Source: the human T2T-CHM13v2.0 reference genome, Homo sapiens. Taken from it: a DNA stretch of 64,000 nucleotides. The notes below the pieces were generated by a model. That model was given only the letters and a program-made list of their open reading frames with translations. It had not been told where the DNA came from and did no database searches. Positions 1-13,989 of the stretch are shown piece after piece. A program made the translations under genes and the position numbers. The DNA lies in NCBI RefSeq assembly GCF_009914755.1, contig NC_060939.1; one strand, written 5' to 3'. Position 1 is the stretch's first letter. Every line of letters begins with the position of its first letter.

Positions 1-138
1 TCATCTCGGAATTCTCAGGAATTCACTTTCCAAGCAAGAAGGTTTTGGGTCCTCATGTCATCTTCCTCCAAGACTGGCATCATCTCGGAATTCTGAGGAA
101 TTCACTTTCCAAGCAAGAAGGTCTTGGGTCCTTGTGTC
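1..138. repeat. Direct repeat, 79-bp period (copies at 1-59 and 80-138), cut by the window edge
   Basis: tcatctcggaattct(c/g)aggaattcactttccaagcaagaaggt(t/c)ttgggtcct occurs twice. Confidence 0.9.
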
Positions 139-943
139 TGGGGGACTCAATGCCCCCAGGAATCCTCCCTCCTCATCATGGGTTGCTCGTTGCAAGTGAA
201 AGTCTCGTGCAGTAGGTTCCCTGTGCCTTCTTCTCTGGCCCTGACTTTGACAGGAGACCTCTTCTGGTGCCTTCTGGACCACCTGCTGCCTTACATCTGG
301 GCTCCATACCAGAATCACCAGCATCCACTCAGAGGACACTGGGCAGCTATAACACTTGTTTTTTGCCGGGGCCAGTCCTAGTCCAATAGGGTTTCCAGGC
401 ACCCACAACAGCTGCCCAGGCAGCAAATGTCAGTCAGTTGTAAACCAGCCGGGTAAGACTCACACTTTGGCTTCCCTACATGGACTTCGTTTTGGGAGAA
501 ATTCCAGGATTTCAGACTCTCAGGGCCCATGGTCACTGAGCTCAATGTCCCCAATAGGTCACACCCTGCAGCTGCACCTCTAAGAGCTTGTGCTTCTGCC
601 AAAACAATAAGCTTCTACTAGATGGGTCAGATCCGTTCTCTGACTTGATGCAATGGCCACTGTCCCTTCAGTCTGGCCCCTCAGCATCTGAGTCAGTGGG
701 AATGTGATGGGCCCCATATGTAGAAGGAAGAACTGAAAGGAAGCACAGGAAGAACAGGAAGGAAGCAAAAGAAGGAAGGAAAGGAAGCCACCAGCTTCCT
801 GCTGAGTCTTGATTAGGGCTCCTGGACAGATATTCTCCTCCTCCTGTTGCAAAAACTGTTGGAATTAACATAAAGCCTCTGAGCCCAAGCTTCCTCAAGT
901 GTACAATGAGGATACTGGAGTCCGGAATCTCTGAGTGCTTCTC

Positions 944-1437
944 TGTGATGGACAGAACAATGCCCCGACAAAGATGCTCATGCCCTCCTCCCCAGAACCT
1001 GTGAATATGTCACGGTGCATGGCAAGGGGGGAATTAAAGTTGCCGGTGGAATTTAGGTTGCTAATAGGCTAACCCTAAGATGGGGAGATTAGCCTCGATT
1101 ATCAGGGTGAGCTTACTGTCATCACAGGGACCCCTATAAGTGAGAGAGGGAGGCAAGAGAAGTAGTGTCAGAATTAGAGACGAATTTGCAGAAGCTGGCT
1201 TTTAAGATGGAGGAAGAGGCCATGAGCCGAAGGATGCCGGTGGCCCCTAGAAACAGGAAAAGGCAAGAAAAAGGTTCTCCTCTAGAGCCTCCTGAGGAGC
1301 ACAGCCTTGCCAACACTTTGAACTTTGCCAGTAGTTTGAACTTCTGTCTTCCAGAACTGTGAGATAATAAATCTGTACTGTTTTAACTCATTTATCTTGT
1401 GGTAAACTTGTAACAGCCGCCGTAGGAAGCTAATTCA
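944..1437 (+). mobile_element. MaLR solo LTR, MLT1D-like
   Basis: tgtgatggacagaacaatgcccc...gaacctgtgaatatgt...ccagaactgtgagataataaat...ctaattca resembles the MLT1 consensus. Confidence 0.85.
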
Positions 1438-3799
1438 CCCTCATCCCTCACATTCACACCACAATCTCCTTCTTCTCACCGGCATTCCATCTCCTCTGCC
1501 TCCCAAGTCACAGAGCCCCAGGTGCCACAATGGCTGTGGAGTCTGCGGTGCAACCTCATTGCAAATATTTGTATGCTCGGAAGAAAAACACGAGTACAAT
1601 GTCCTATATTTACGAGGACCTTACTACTCTTAAATCGCTGTCGTTCAAAAACAAAACAATTTTTTTCAGCGTGTTCTTATACGCCCATTACTGAGCTGGT
1701 CCCTGGGGATGCAAAGACACATGGACCTCATTGTTTTCCTCCAGGAATTCACTTGGAAAAAGAAACACGGGAGATGCTGCCTAGAATCCTTGATGCCTCC
1801 GAAGTTAGACTGGAGTTGGATTAACCCGGCCTCTCTCTGTGGAAATAGGAGATGGCTAGAAGAGTGACATCAATCAGCCACAACTGCTTCAGCCTCATAA
1901 CGTCGGAGCAATGGTATCAGACTTGATGCAGAGACTACCCGGGCATATGTGGCTTTTTTTTTTTTAAATGTAGTGAAAAATTCCAAGTCACAGCCACAAC
2001 ACTGAACTATCAAAAGATCATTTCATGTTTTGGTTTGTATTAAATGCTCTTTGCACTTTGCTTTTGTTAGAGATGGCTAGAAAATTCTAGAAATAAGGAG
2101 TGCTAGAGAAGAATCACTGCTTAAGAGCAGGATCTCAAAGAATACATCCTTTGCCCCCTATATCCTCTCCCCTTTCTGATTCTCAAAAAGACACTTCAAA
2201 CTGATAGATAGTCTTTATGTAGATGAATGGGACAAACTCAAACGTGAGAGTTGATCCTTTTCTTTTTTTTTTTTTTTTTTTTTCTCCAGATCCTGAGGAA
2301 TTGCCATTAGGACCTGGAAACAAATATGTTGCGTGGAAGACTTACTGACAAAGGAACTTTTACTGAAGTCCTCCTCTAGTGCTGAATAGTGACTGCTGAA
2401 ATGGCCAGACTGGCAACATATCAGGAGGCAAACTGGCATTCCTATTAGATGGAATGTCCAAGAAACCATACTTTTTTAATGGGGTTGAGGATTGCCTGCT
2501 TCTATAAGAAGATAGGTATTTTCTGTATCTAGCCAGGTGAGACCACACATTTAGAGTTATAAGACAGATTGACAAGATCAGAACTACAATTACAAGCTAT
2601 CCACAAACTGTTGCAGAGGCAGACAATGTTTTCTGGATGCTTTCCTTAGCCTGAGTTTCTGAACCTACTACTATATGAAGGAGTACTGCCAAGACCTAGC
2701 CAAAAAACAAAAACAAAAAAGGCCCTGGTGGCTTCAAAGATTTTGACATTGAAAACTTGTCCCAGTACCTGAAACATACAATGTCATGTGTCAGCAAGCT
2801 CAGCCTGGAGCCCACACCTTGGCCATCTGCCCAGAATTCTCACCCCAGTTCTCTAAAACTCTACTCTTTCTTCTCGGGTGGACTACTTTTTGATCCCAAA
2901 GGGCAATGTTAATGGGGCTTTGATGCAACTGAGACATAGTCCAAAAAAAAAAAAAAAGGATACAGAGTACACAACACAAGAACTCTTAGAGGACACCTAC
3001 TTCCAGATAGAAGAACTAAGTTCCTCATGTGTCCCCATAGAGATGCAACATTTTAGAAGAGAGTTTGAAGACCCAGCTGCCAATGGTCAATCACTGTCAC
3101 ATCGGAGGAGCTAGCAAAAGACACTACTAACAATTATGGGAATAAAAACTTCCTTGTTACTTTAAAGTTTTCAGATCATCTGTTAAAGCTGATAAGGCCA
3201 TTGGCATCTATTCTGTTCATTGTACTCTGTCTCCTCTTTTACTTCCCTCCCAGTCCCTATCCTTTGCCAACTATATTGTTTACCAATTGTCTCCCAAGGG
3301 GGATGGGAGCAGTGGTTTCCCCCACATATATCTTTACAACTTTTCTTACAGCACCTCTTGGCATCCAGCCTCCAGAATTTGCTTCTCCTGCAGTGATTCT
3401 GCTAGTTCACTCTTCCTTGGAAAGACCACTGCCTTTGACTCTCAAAGTGGCAACAAATTTCTCCTTTCCCCCCATTTCATCTCAGCACAGGGCTCTCCAT
3501 CAGTTTTAGAGGGAGCTGCAGGCATGGAGCAATTCAGCATGCTCACACCAGCAGCAGCATACAAAATCATTGACCATGAAGCCACCTGTTCCGAACACCA
3601 TTGTCAAAACCAAGGACCCAAAGAAGTATAGCACACAGGCTTGCCCCTGGGTAAAATGGAAATGGAAAATGGAAATGTCACCAGTAGAGGACAGCCACAC
3701 TACAGACTGAGGAATGGTGCACCGTGTGGGCTAGGGTTGGTCTGTGGAGAGAGGTGAGCCCTTTGACATGGGCTGGCTAGAAACGTCCTCATGAACAAG

Positions 3800-4155
3800 G
3801 AAAGATATATGACACGGGTGTTCGAGAAAAAGAGCGTCTCAGCAATAGACAGAAGGAGGAAGGAGAAAAGAGCATCCACAGCATGTTCAACAACATAGAA
3901 GACCTTTCCCAGGGATGGTAGGGAGTGTGTAGGAGAAATGGAGAAATGGAATGTAGAAAAGATCATAGGGGCCAGACTATGGTGAGTCTCCATAAGTTGA
4001 GCTAAAGAGATAAGACTTTATTCTGTTGGCAGTGGGGAGTCCTTGAAGGGCTTGAAAGCAGGGGTGGGGTGGTTCCACTACAGGAAGGTTAAAAAAAATG
4101 ACTCCCACAGGGTCCATGGCATGGACAGGTAGAAAGAGGAGTCCGAAGGCAGAGA
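3800..4155 (-). mobile_element. L2 fragment
   Basis: gactttattctg...ggggagtccttgaagggcttgaaagcagggg resembles antisense L2; boundaries approximate. Confidence 0.5.
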
Positions 4156-4159
4156 GACC

Positions 4160-4503
4160 GCAATGGGCTGAATGGTTGCCCGAAATAATTCATGTCCACC
4201 CAGCACCTCAGAATGTAACCTTATTTGGAAATGGAGTCTCTGCTAATGTTCCCACTTAACATGCGGTCATACCGGATTGGGGTAGACTCTGAATCCAGTG
4301 GCTGGTGTCTTCCTAAGAAGAGAAGACATGCAAAGAAGAAAAGAATGGAAGCCTCCTTCATAGGCTCCTCCAGAAGGAACCAACCCTGCTGGCACCTTGA
4401 TTTCAAACTTATGGCCTCCAGAACTGTGAGAGAATAAATTTTTGTTGTTTTAAGCCACCTAGTTTGTGGTCATCTTTCACAGCAGCCCTAGGGAATGAAT
4501 GCA
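4160..4503 (+). mobile_element. MaLR solo LTR, MLT1B/C-like
   Basis: cctcagaatgtaaccttatttggaaat...cagaactgtgagagaataaatttttgttgttttaagccac...cagcagccctagg. Confidence 0.85.
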
Positions 4504-5759
4504 GAGGCTAATGAAGAATCCAGCTGGAGTGCAGGATGGGGAAATGTCACCTGGGCCCAAAACTATGCCTTGGATAAAACCGTATTTGAAAATCATAATC
4601 AACAGGAAATAATAGCTGGGGGACAAGCAAACTGTAAGAGCAAGGTATGGCTCTAAATTCACAGAGAGTGGACTGGAGCTGCTCATTTCACTCTGGTGCC
4701 AGCTCTCTAAGGTGAACGTCAAGGAAGCTTATGTTCCTTGTAGGTGCCCCTGAGGGGTAGGGCTGAAATTTGGATTCCCAAACTTGAGAGTCAGACTGGA
4801 AACAATCCAGGGAGACATCTTGCAACCCTAACCCAAAGACACGTGACTACGTATTGGAAGTCAAATTATCTTGTTTATTTCTCCTTTTTGTCCTACAGTT
4901 TTTAAGAAACTAAGTTGTCTAGAGACTTGCCCTGTCTACAGCAGTGCAGAAAAACCAAAGAGAAGGAGTTGGCCCTTGAGGCTGACGTGGTAAAAGCAGG
5001 AATTATTTACAGAAACCTAAAGCGTAGGTGAACGTTGAGGGAATATCCTGCTCTTCCCAATGTCCAGGTTCACCCTTCAGTGCAAACTTTCTAAAATCTG
5101 GCGTTTATGAATAAGGGAGCTCTTGGTGTCCCTTGCCCCACCTCTCAGCTGGGTGCACGAAAGCAGTCTTTATTCTCCCTTCCCCAAGCAGCACAGCCCA
5201 GTATCAGAGGACACAAGGACACAGGCTCCTACCCCAAACCTGTGCACGGGGCAAACTCTAAGAGAGAGGCGCATTTTGATCACCCAAGAGCATTCACCAC
5301 CAGCACCCCCAACCCTATTCCAGGAACCCCTTTTAGTGCACCAGTAAGTTGTCAGAAAAAGATCACCATAGTCTCTTTGAGGGGGAAAAACAAAAATCCT
5401 GCGTGCGTGCCAATGGTCCCTCGACCTCAGGTTCTGAATCGTTCATGGCCTTCTTGCTTCTCATGGCCTGGGGCCCTCCCCCTTCCACCTGGGGGTTTCT
5501 GAAAAAATGAAGAATCCTGTCCCTGGGCTTTGCACCCACTGGCAATGCAGCCACCTCAAGCCACGCTAGATTGTCTCCTCTGCTCTTCTCACAGGTCAGC
5601 CCTCCCTGGGGGCTCAGAGCTGACCTCCCTGGAGCCATCACCTACTCTCCTATTTTTCCCCAAGATGCTACTTGCACCCTTTAAAAGTGCAGTTCGCAAT
5701 GAGGATTAGAGGCCCTCACATGCACCTTTCACCCACTAAGTTGACACAGTTTGAGGAAG

Positions 5760-6570
5760 TGAATTTTAGTAACACAGGTGGAGGGCCTAGGTGGGGATAC
5801 AAACATTCTCATGCATCGCTAGGGGATGTCAATCGATACAGCTTGTTTTGGAGGTAAAAATCTGATATTGGATTTTAGTTTGTCGTACCTTCTGACCCAG
5901 AAATTCTGCTTCTAAAAATCTATTCTAACAAAATGAAGTATGTATGCAAAGATTTAGCCAGAAGGACATTCATCATAACCTTATGTATAATAGCAAAATA
6001 AAACAGTAACATCCAAATACTCAAGACAGAAAGCTATTTTACTAAATATTGGAGAGGGAGACCCTGTCTCAAAAAAAATAAAATTAAAAAATAAATAAAT
6101 GTCGGAACATTAATGCAATGGAATATGAACTAACTACTAAATTTGCTGCTTGTAAAGGAGTGTCAGTTGCCTCCAGGGAGCGAAAAAGAGTGAGCTCCAA
6201 GGCAGAAAATAAAAGGGGCAACCTTCCCCTGAATGCGCCTTTGCACCTGTTGGATTTCGAAGCATTTGAATCCCAGATACGAGATAGAGAGGTCAATAAA
6301 AGTTTAAAGGATATTTTGGAAGAAGAGTAGCATCGACAAGAGAAAGGTATTCATGAACTATTAAAGAGAAACAGATACGCTGCAAAATAATGCCCCGAGT
6401 GATACCATTTCTACTAAAACACAAAGCCGGAAGAAGTCCAGAAGGAAATTACTCTGAGGTTGAACAGGATATGTTTCTAATGGACGGAATTACAGAAGTT
6501 TTTTTTCTTCTTATATGTATTTTTCTAACTTTGCTACAAGGAACATGCCGTGTTTCGAGGAGAAAGAGGA
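5760..6570 (+). mobile_element. Old L1 (L1ME-like) 3' fragments
   Basis: tgacccagaaattctgcttcta...aaggacattcatc...aatggaatat are typical L1 3' motifs; boundaries approximate. Confidence 0.65.
6054..6095 (+). mobile_element. Extremely 5'-truncated Alu (last ~17 nt plus A-tail)
   Basis: gagggagaccctgtctc plus A-rich tail, flanked by taaatattgga / taaatgtcgga. Confidence 0.7.
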
Positions 6571-6619
6571 GTAACAAATTTCAAATGCTCTAGTCGCAAA
6601 ATGTGAGCTCGGCACTTTC

Positions 6620-7950
6620 TCTCTTTCCTGTCTCAGACAAACTCTTATGAGGAATGGAGACACTCACTCTCTTCCACTTCCTCATCACCCCCACCCAACT
6701 CCACCCAAAAAACTGCCTCCTCAGCCTGCTGAAGTCTAGCTTCCACCCCCGCTTCTCCTGTCCCCCAAACTCGTCTACCAAATAGCACACCATCCCCCTG
6801 ACCATTGCCAAAGCCACCAATGTTTCCAGTCCTCCTCTCACTGGCCTCTGTGCCACATTTGTGTTCAGTGGATTTCACTAACATTAATTCAGCACCAAGC
6901 GTATGTCAAACATAGTGTTAGCCCTTAAGACTGGTCACTCCCCTCAGCAACCCGTTCATAGACTGGTGGGAGAGGAGAGAGTGGGTGAAGACCCCCAAAG
7001 CCTGTGAGGGACAGCCCTCTTCTTCAGCAGCATCACACTCCCCAGCCCTCCAGCCCCAGCCTCCTCTGCCCCTGTCTTGCTTCTCCACCTGCCCCTTATA
7101 ATCTATCCTTAGGAATATGTCCCTGCCTACTGTTCCCCTCACCCTTCCGGCGCTATCTCATTGACTCTGGTTTAGGAAGCCTGTGAATGTTGATACCCAA
7201 CCGCCCAGCCTGGCCAGGAGCAATGGACACCTCCACTTCCATCTCCCTTGAGGCCACAGAGACCGAATGTCATCAACATCCCTATCTCCCAACTCTGTTC
7301 CTTTTTTAGTTGGTGGCATCTACCCAAGGCCACCCAGAACCTGCAACCCCTTCCCTCCTCCCCACTAGCCCTCCTGCCCCTCTCCCACCCTCACTGGGGC
7401 TTTTCATCTCCTGCCTCATTCATTGCAGTGGCCACCTCTTGTGCCCCAACTCTTGACTTCACTTAGGTCTGTCTGTCCCCTGCACACTGCAGCCAGCAAG
7501 CTCCATCCAAAATGCCCATCTGGCCCTCTGGCTGTCCTTCTTCCCAGAAGAATTCACAGAATAAAATCCAGGCCCAACAAGCCTGTCATCCCTTGCCCAT
7601 CATTCCTTCTGCAATCCTACCATCCACTGGTTTCCTCAATACTCAGTTCCCCCAGTGTCCTCACCCTTGCTATGTCACACGTCAGTGCCTTCCCCACGCT
7701 GGGGTCCCCATACCCACCCCACCCCTGGATTCCCCCACATCCCACTCTTGGCATGACTTAAGCGCTTTCTTCATCAGGATTCAGCTCAGGCTCTCCATGC
7801 TCCAAAACCTTCCCAAGGACAGGGGCCCTGGATGGGGAGCCCTCCTCTGTGATCCTGTCACTGCCAGAACAGAGCCCTGTTACACTGAGGTGACAAATGC
7901 ATGTGTGCTTTTTCTCCAAATCAACTACCCGCCCCTCTAGAGCAGCCGTT
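6620..7950 (+). mobile_element. L2 fragments
   Basis: C/T-rich L2-like motifs (ccattgccaaagcc, cacagaataaaatcca, cagctcaggctctcc); approximate and discontinuous. Confidence 0.55.
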
Positions 7951-10202
7951 CTGGATAATAAATCCCTGTAGGCCCAGCTCTCAGCACAAGACCTGACTGC
8001 TACTATCAAAGGAGGAGCCAGCAGAACGTTGGCCCAGGCAGTGGAGCTATTTCTTGCGTCTGAAAGCATGGCAGGCCCGGTGGGAGCTGTTCATAGATGT
8101 TCCTTTGCCCCTCTAGTAGCTGAGGTCCCGGACACCCCAGTTTCCAGGGCTGCTCCCGCGTGTCCCTCTGCCTGTGGCTCAGCCAGACGCAGCAAGGAGC
8201 CCAGACCAGGCTCTACTTCTCTTCCCAGGGGCCCAGAGTTGATCTGCAAGGCCTTGGTCTACCAGGAGAGTGGGGCTGGGGGTCTTCTGGCAGGAGATCC
8301 CCTCCAAGCCTGCCCAAACCTAACATGGGGGGTTGGCGAGCAGAGCACCAGAAGGGCCCTGAGTCCTGAACCTCCATTCTTAAAAGGCCTTAAACCATAG
8401 GCTCATCTCCAGTGAGGTCCCACCTGGCCAGGGTATTTTTCTGTGTGCTAAAAAGCAGAGCTTCTTTCCACCTCTAAAATGGTCTCAAGAGCTGATACAG
8501 GAGAGGCGGCAACACTGGGAAGCCTGGGGATGTCAAAGGTGGGGCAGTCTTTCCTCCAGCTCCCCTCCCCGTCCCTCCCACCTCCCGCTGCAAGGCGTCA
8601 GGACAGCAGGGCCCAGCAACCCTGTGAAGCAGAGCCAGGGGCTGCCAGAGGCCCGGCCCGCCAGAGCGAGAAGGTGAGGTGTGCGCCTCAGCCTTGGAGA
8701 CATTAGTCTCCTCTCCCTGTTGCCATGCAAAGATAAAAACATTTATTAAATCCAGCACCTAAATCCCCACACAGCCCTGCCCCGTCTACGTAGGCTGCAT
8801 GCACTCAGCCACCTGCCTGGAAGGACACGAGAGCCACGGCAAAGGACGAGCAAGAGCAGCAGGAAAGAGAAGGGCCACGGGAGGGCCGATGTCCCCCAGC
8901 CACAGACCCCCTCTGCTGGGCCTGCCTGGGCTCCCCCATCAGGTTTTTCTTCAGCTAAGGCAGAAAGAGCCTCTGGAAAATGAGAAGCAGTGACCGGGGG
9001 CTCTCACACGCGACTGTAGCTGCCCTGAAACTCTCGCTGGGAATTAAGCTATTAGGTTGATCCATCACATATTCACTGCGCATTTCTGGTATACTAGCTG
9101 CCAGGTCCCCACAGCGGGTCTGAATCCCAACAGCCTTGGAGCCTCATAGTCCACCTGGCTGCAGAACCTGGGCACCAACCGCTGAGAATCTTCAGGAGAG
9201 AAAATTCCGATGGCAGTTGAGAGCAACGGTGGAGCAGCGAAGCCCACAGGCAGCAGAGCACACAGACCTGGGAGGGGTGCAGAGGTGGCATCAGCGCTAT
9301 GAGGGCGTGCAGGGGAATGCTGATGGGAGGGAAAGGGTAAGCAGGGATCTGGGCTGGAGGCCTTCCAGAAAGAAGGGGACAAAGTCAGGAAGGAGAAGAT
9401 GAGGCCACCCACTACCCAATGGCTCTAGAGGCAAATTCTGCCAGCCTGGGTGTCAGTTTGGAGGCTTGCCCAGTGTTGAAAACTCACAGCCTTTGAGCTA
9501 ACCACCTCTCTCTTACCCCAAAGGCAGGAGTTACGGCTGCCTCTGGTGCTGAACGGTGGACACTGTGAATCAAGACCAAATTCGTGACAAACTCACACAT
9601 TTTTAAAAGAAGCAAATCAGCAACTGCCAAGTCCAAAGGAGCTGGCCAAAGATAAGACCAAGGTGCGGGTGTGTAGAAGAGATGTCCGTGCACAGGTGTG
9701 CTTCCGCGTGGCCATCCAATTGTGGACATGGTGATGGTGCACTGAGCCCCAGAGAGCCTGCCAAACATTTCCCATTCAGGATGCCTTTGGGATCTCAGTA
9801 ATGCTTTGCAGTGCCCCTAAACTAAAAGAAATAACTAGTAGTTCTGTTAATACATAGTTAGGTCCAAACAACTCAACACCTGGTATCTGACAGATGCCAC
9901 TGTTGCCACTTTGAAATTTTTAAAATATTCTTTGGCAGTTCTGTGAGCTTGCTGCAGTGTCCTAGCGGCATATCAGTGCAAAATTTGAGAACCACAAACT
10001 GTGGATTAGGAACCCTGGTTGAGTACGGCACCCCTTACTCCCTACTACCAAAGTGAGAGATGGCAGACATGTTTGTCTCCAATTTTAATAGAGTAAAATT
10101 TGTTTAAAAGAGCCAATGGAGTTTCTGAGTTGCTTTATTTCTCCAGCTATATACTAACCAGCCTTCTCAGAAATCTTTGTCCATGAAGAATAATCTGACT
10201 CA

Positions 10203-10586
<384 letters not shown>

Positions 10587-10678
10587 TTAAAGCTGCAAGA
10601 TGCACCCCATTTTGTAGAAACAAATAGCAGTGAAGACCCATTTCAGATAGTTTCACTGAATCTCATCCAAGCCATCAC

Positions 10679-10728
10679 TGTCCTCTATTCCCATGTGTCC
10701 TCTATTCCCATGTGTCTCTGTTTCCATG
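10679..10728. repeat. 17-bp tandem repeat, ~3 copies
   Basis: tgtcctctattcccatg twice plus a degenerate third copy. Confidence 0.85.
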
Positions 10729-12394
10729 CTTTCCCTGACAAGATTAGAGCCTCGTAGAGGAGGCCAAAGTTTCTGGTCTCAATTCTTCCCAGAGCCCCTC
10801 ACCCAGGCACAGTGCCAGCTAATGAACAAGTGTTCAGCAAGTGCTTGCAGAAACAGTTGTTGACGACACACCCCCTAGCCAATACCCTCAACTGTTTCGA
10901 AATGGTCGCTAATGGGCAGTCCCTGCTGCTTAAGAGTGTGCTCAGAGATCATGGCAATGACGATAACAAGGTACAGACGGTCTTTGCTCTCTCATATGAG
11001 CACAGGAGTGAATCCCTGAGTTGGGATCATTTCTTGTTATTCCCAAATGGCAATAAGTAAACTGAAATTCAAAGCAGTTGAGTCTCAGGTCTGAGAAGTA
11101 GCCTAGACTATTGACTTAGCCCTAGCTCTAACGTCAGAATCCATAACTTTTCTTTGCCCAGTTAATTTTCCTCCCCTCTTGGTGGTGTATTGAAGGCCAG
11201 AGAGATGCAGGTAGTCCTGAGAGGGAGAGGGAGGAGAATGAGAGAACAAGGGATGGGGGAGGGAAAGGGAGAGGGCTGACCATCAGTGGGGATAAAAGGG
11301 ATTTTGAAAGAAGCAAAGAATAATGAAGGCTTTAGAAGCTGGAGCTTTCCTTTAACAGGAGAATCCTAATTTCAGTTATTTCTGCATGCTGTCCACACCA
11401 CAGGAACAGACACCTTTGAACAGCACTCTTCCTGGATTCCACAGTGATTAACAAGGACAAATCATTCTGAAATCTTTAGGAAAATCACCCCTCTAAATTA
11501 AGCATGTAGTATATTCCAGGCAGTGTGCTAGATACTCTGTAATTTCTTAGTTAAAAAAAAAATGACATCTCCCTGTGTAGCACCCCTACCAGCCCAACTC
11601 AGGAATGGCTTCGGCAGTGCACCCCAGTAGTCAGTCAGTGCCCCGCCACCCAGCAGCACGCGGGAGCATCCTGTGTGTGTGCACACACATTCATATTCTT
11701 TCTCCTCTCTCAGCATTCTGGATGCTATTCTCAAATCCTCGGTGATTTGTGGAGCATCCGGCGAGGAATGATAAAAAGCCTTGCACTCTTTTTCTCAAAC
11801 AAGAAAAGAACTTGCAGCTATCAGAGGTGACTGCTTTGAGGCATCCAGCAGGGCCTGCCTCTCCCCAGACCCCCGTGCTTTCCCTAATGATCTTCCAGGA
11901 AGAGGGTCCCCAAACCCGGCCCCTCTCAGTCTTCCAGGGGCTCTTGGATTTCATCCTTTAGCAAGGGCAAGTACTCAGCCCCGACCTCAAACAGCACCAC
12001 GCCCCAGAAGACCGCTGACATTTGCTGACCAATTGCTGTTTTCTCATTGTACCTTAGCGCTATCCAGTTCTCCCAAGTTCTGCAGGGCTCTCTTTTAGCA
12101 ATCTGCATGATTCAGAAGCTAACGTGAGGACCCAGAGCAGTGAAGAGCCATGGCATTTAGACAACCGGAATACACATAGGGGCCTCTAAAGAAGGTTTCC
12201 CACAACAGCCCTTCCCACCCAAGGACCAATGAGGTGCTCGCCTAATTCCGGGAGGGGCCCAAAAGGGCTGTCAGGTCCAGGAGGCCAAAACGGGCCAGAG
12301 CCTCAGTTCTGACTTTTCTCCACATGGGCTTGCTTCTTTCTGGCTCCTCCAGGGCCAGATGATCCTATCAGCAACGAGTTTGTCCAGGCTAATG

Positions 12395-12660
12395 TTAGTT
12401 GAACTTTCTTGACCACAAAATCACAGTAAGAAATACATTTAACAAACTTTGCATTGCCTCCCCACAGAGATATTTAGATACAATATAGGTATAGGCATAG
12501 GTATGGATAGATGTATATACACTGGGAAAAAAATACTTACCCTTTTTGTGATACCCTGAGATTTTTGTTTCTAATCTATTGTTTTACAACGCTGGCAGTA
12601 AACCACTAAGTTGATTTCACAACCCACTAATGGTGTGCGACCCACGGGATGAAACTCTGC
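12395..12660 (+). mobile_element. hAT-Charlie-type DNA transposon remnant
   Basis: aactttcttgaccac..cacagtaagaaatacatt...aatacttaccct...ttgatttcacaacccactaatgg; a related copy lies at 26225-26462. Confidence 0.6.
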
Positions 12661-13989
12661 TGTATGAAATAGGTGGTGTTTTCTTTGGCCTTACACTCCA
12701 GAAACAGTTTATTCTCCAGGGATACTAAGGAAAGTTCCAAATTTGAACTGATCCAAGAGGCTCCTCTCCACCTACCATGACTTCCAGCAGGCTAGCTGCT
12801 CAGCTGCGTAGGGAGGTTTTGCTCCCAGAAAAGCCTGGGGGAGATCAGGCTTGGCATGCACAGGGCTGAGCCCACATCCCTTTTCATAGCTGTCCTCTCT
12901 GTATGTGTTCCTAGTACTCTTCCATCCACTTACTCTCTCTCCTTGCGGTTTACAAGATTAAGGAGTGAATGTCAGCTGAGCTGAGAAGAGAATGGGCATG
13001 GAGAAGATGGCCCACGAGAGAGAAAGGGAAGGTTGAGTGCTGCTGTGTGGAGCTGGCACTGCCCCTGGGGACAGTGCCAGCCAGCCACCGCAACCTGCAC
13101 AGACCTGGGGACCAGCCTTTGCCCACCTCTCCCCTGCCAGGCAGAGGGCCCCATCGTCTTTCAGATCCCACTCTTCTTTTCTCCACTCAGAAAACCTTTA
13201 CCTAGCAGGGACCATCCCTGGCCCTGAGATTCAAGTGGAAGGTGGGTTGTCACCCACACCTCCAAATGGCTGGGGTCTGGGGACACTTGAGATGGCATTT
13301 GAGGAGGGTGAGATCCTGGGAATCACTTGAGGAGGGAGTCTTTTAGTTTGATCAAAGAAATTTGCTGTCCTCTGGCCCTCCCCACATCCTCGCCACCCCC
13401 TGGGGGAGCAGAATAGGAGAGAATACGAGGACCTGAAGGCAGGTGCACACCCGCACACACGTTCTTTGCTCCACCCTTCTCTGGATGATGAAAGTTGCTC
13501 TGTGTTGGCTTCAGGCATTCACTTAGCTTAAACGGATGATATTTGTTGTGTTGGGACATGATTTCCAGCACTGCCTGCTTCCTCACTGACCTGCAGCCAG
13601 GTCATCTGGCCCCTAGACTTGTCCTCGAAGCCTGTCTTGGTGCCACCAACATTCTGCACAGCGATCGTGATTCCCACTCAGGCCGCTCTGGGGCTGGGGC
13701 TGGGTTGCTATTCCCTGTGGATGAGTACAAAGAGCTTCCCTTCTCCCTCAAGAATACGAGGCGCCACTTCTCAGTGTCTTCTTTCCTCTCTCCGTTTCTC
13801 CCCGCTCACTTCATCTCAGCCCAGGTTTCTTTCCATCCAAAGTGGACATTGCTTTTGAGTATGCAGCCCTCCAGTTGAAGGTTAGAATTCTCGGGGGTCA
13901 TAGGAGAATCTTAAACCCACAAGCCAGCAGCAAGCACCCCGTCTTCAGGCCCTTTGTGCAAAGCTGAGGCTTCAGGGAACCCCAAAACG

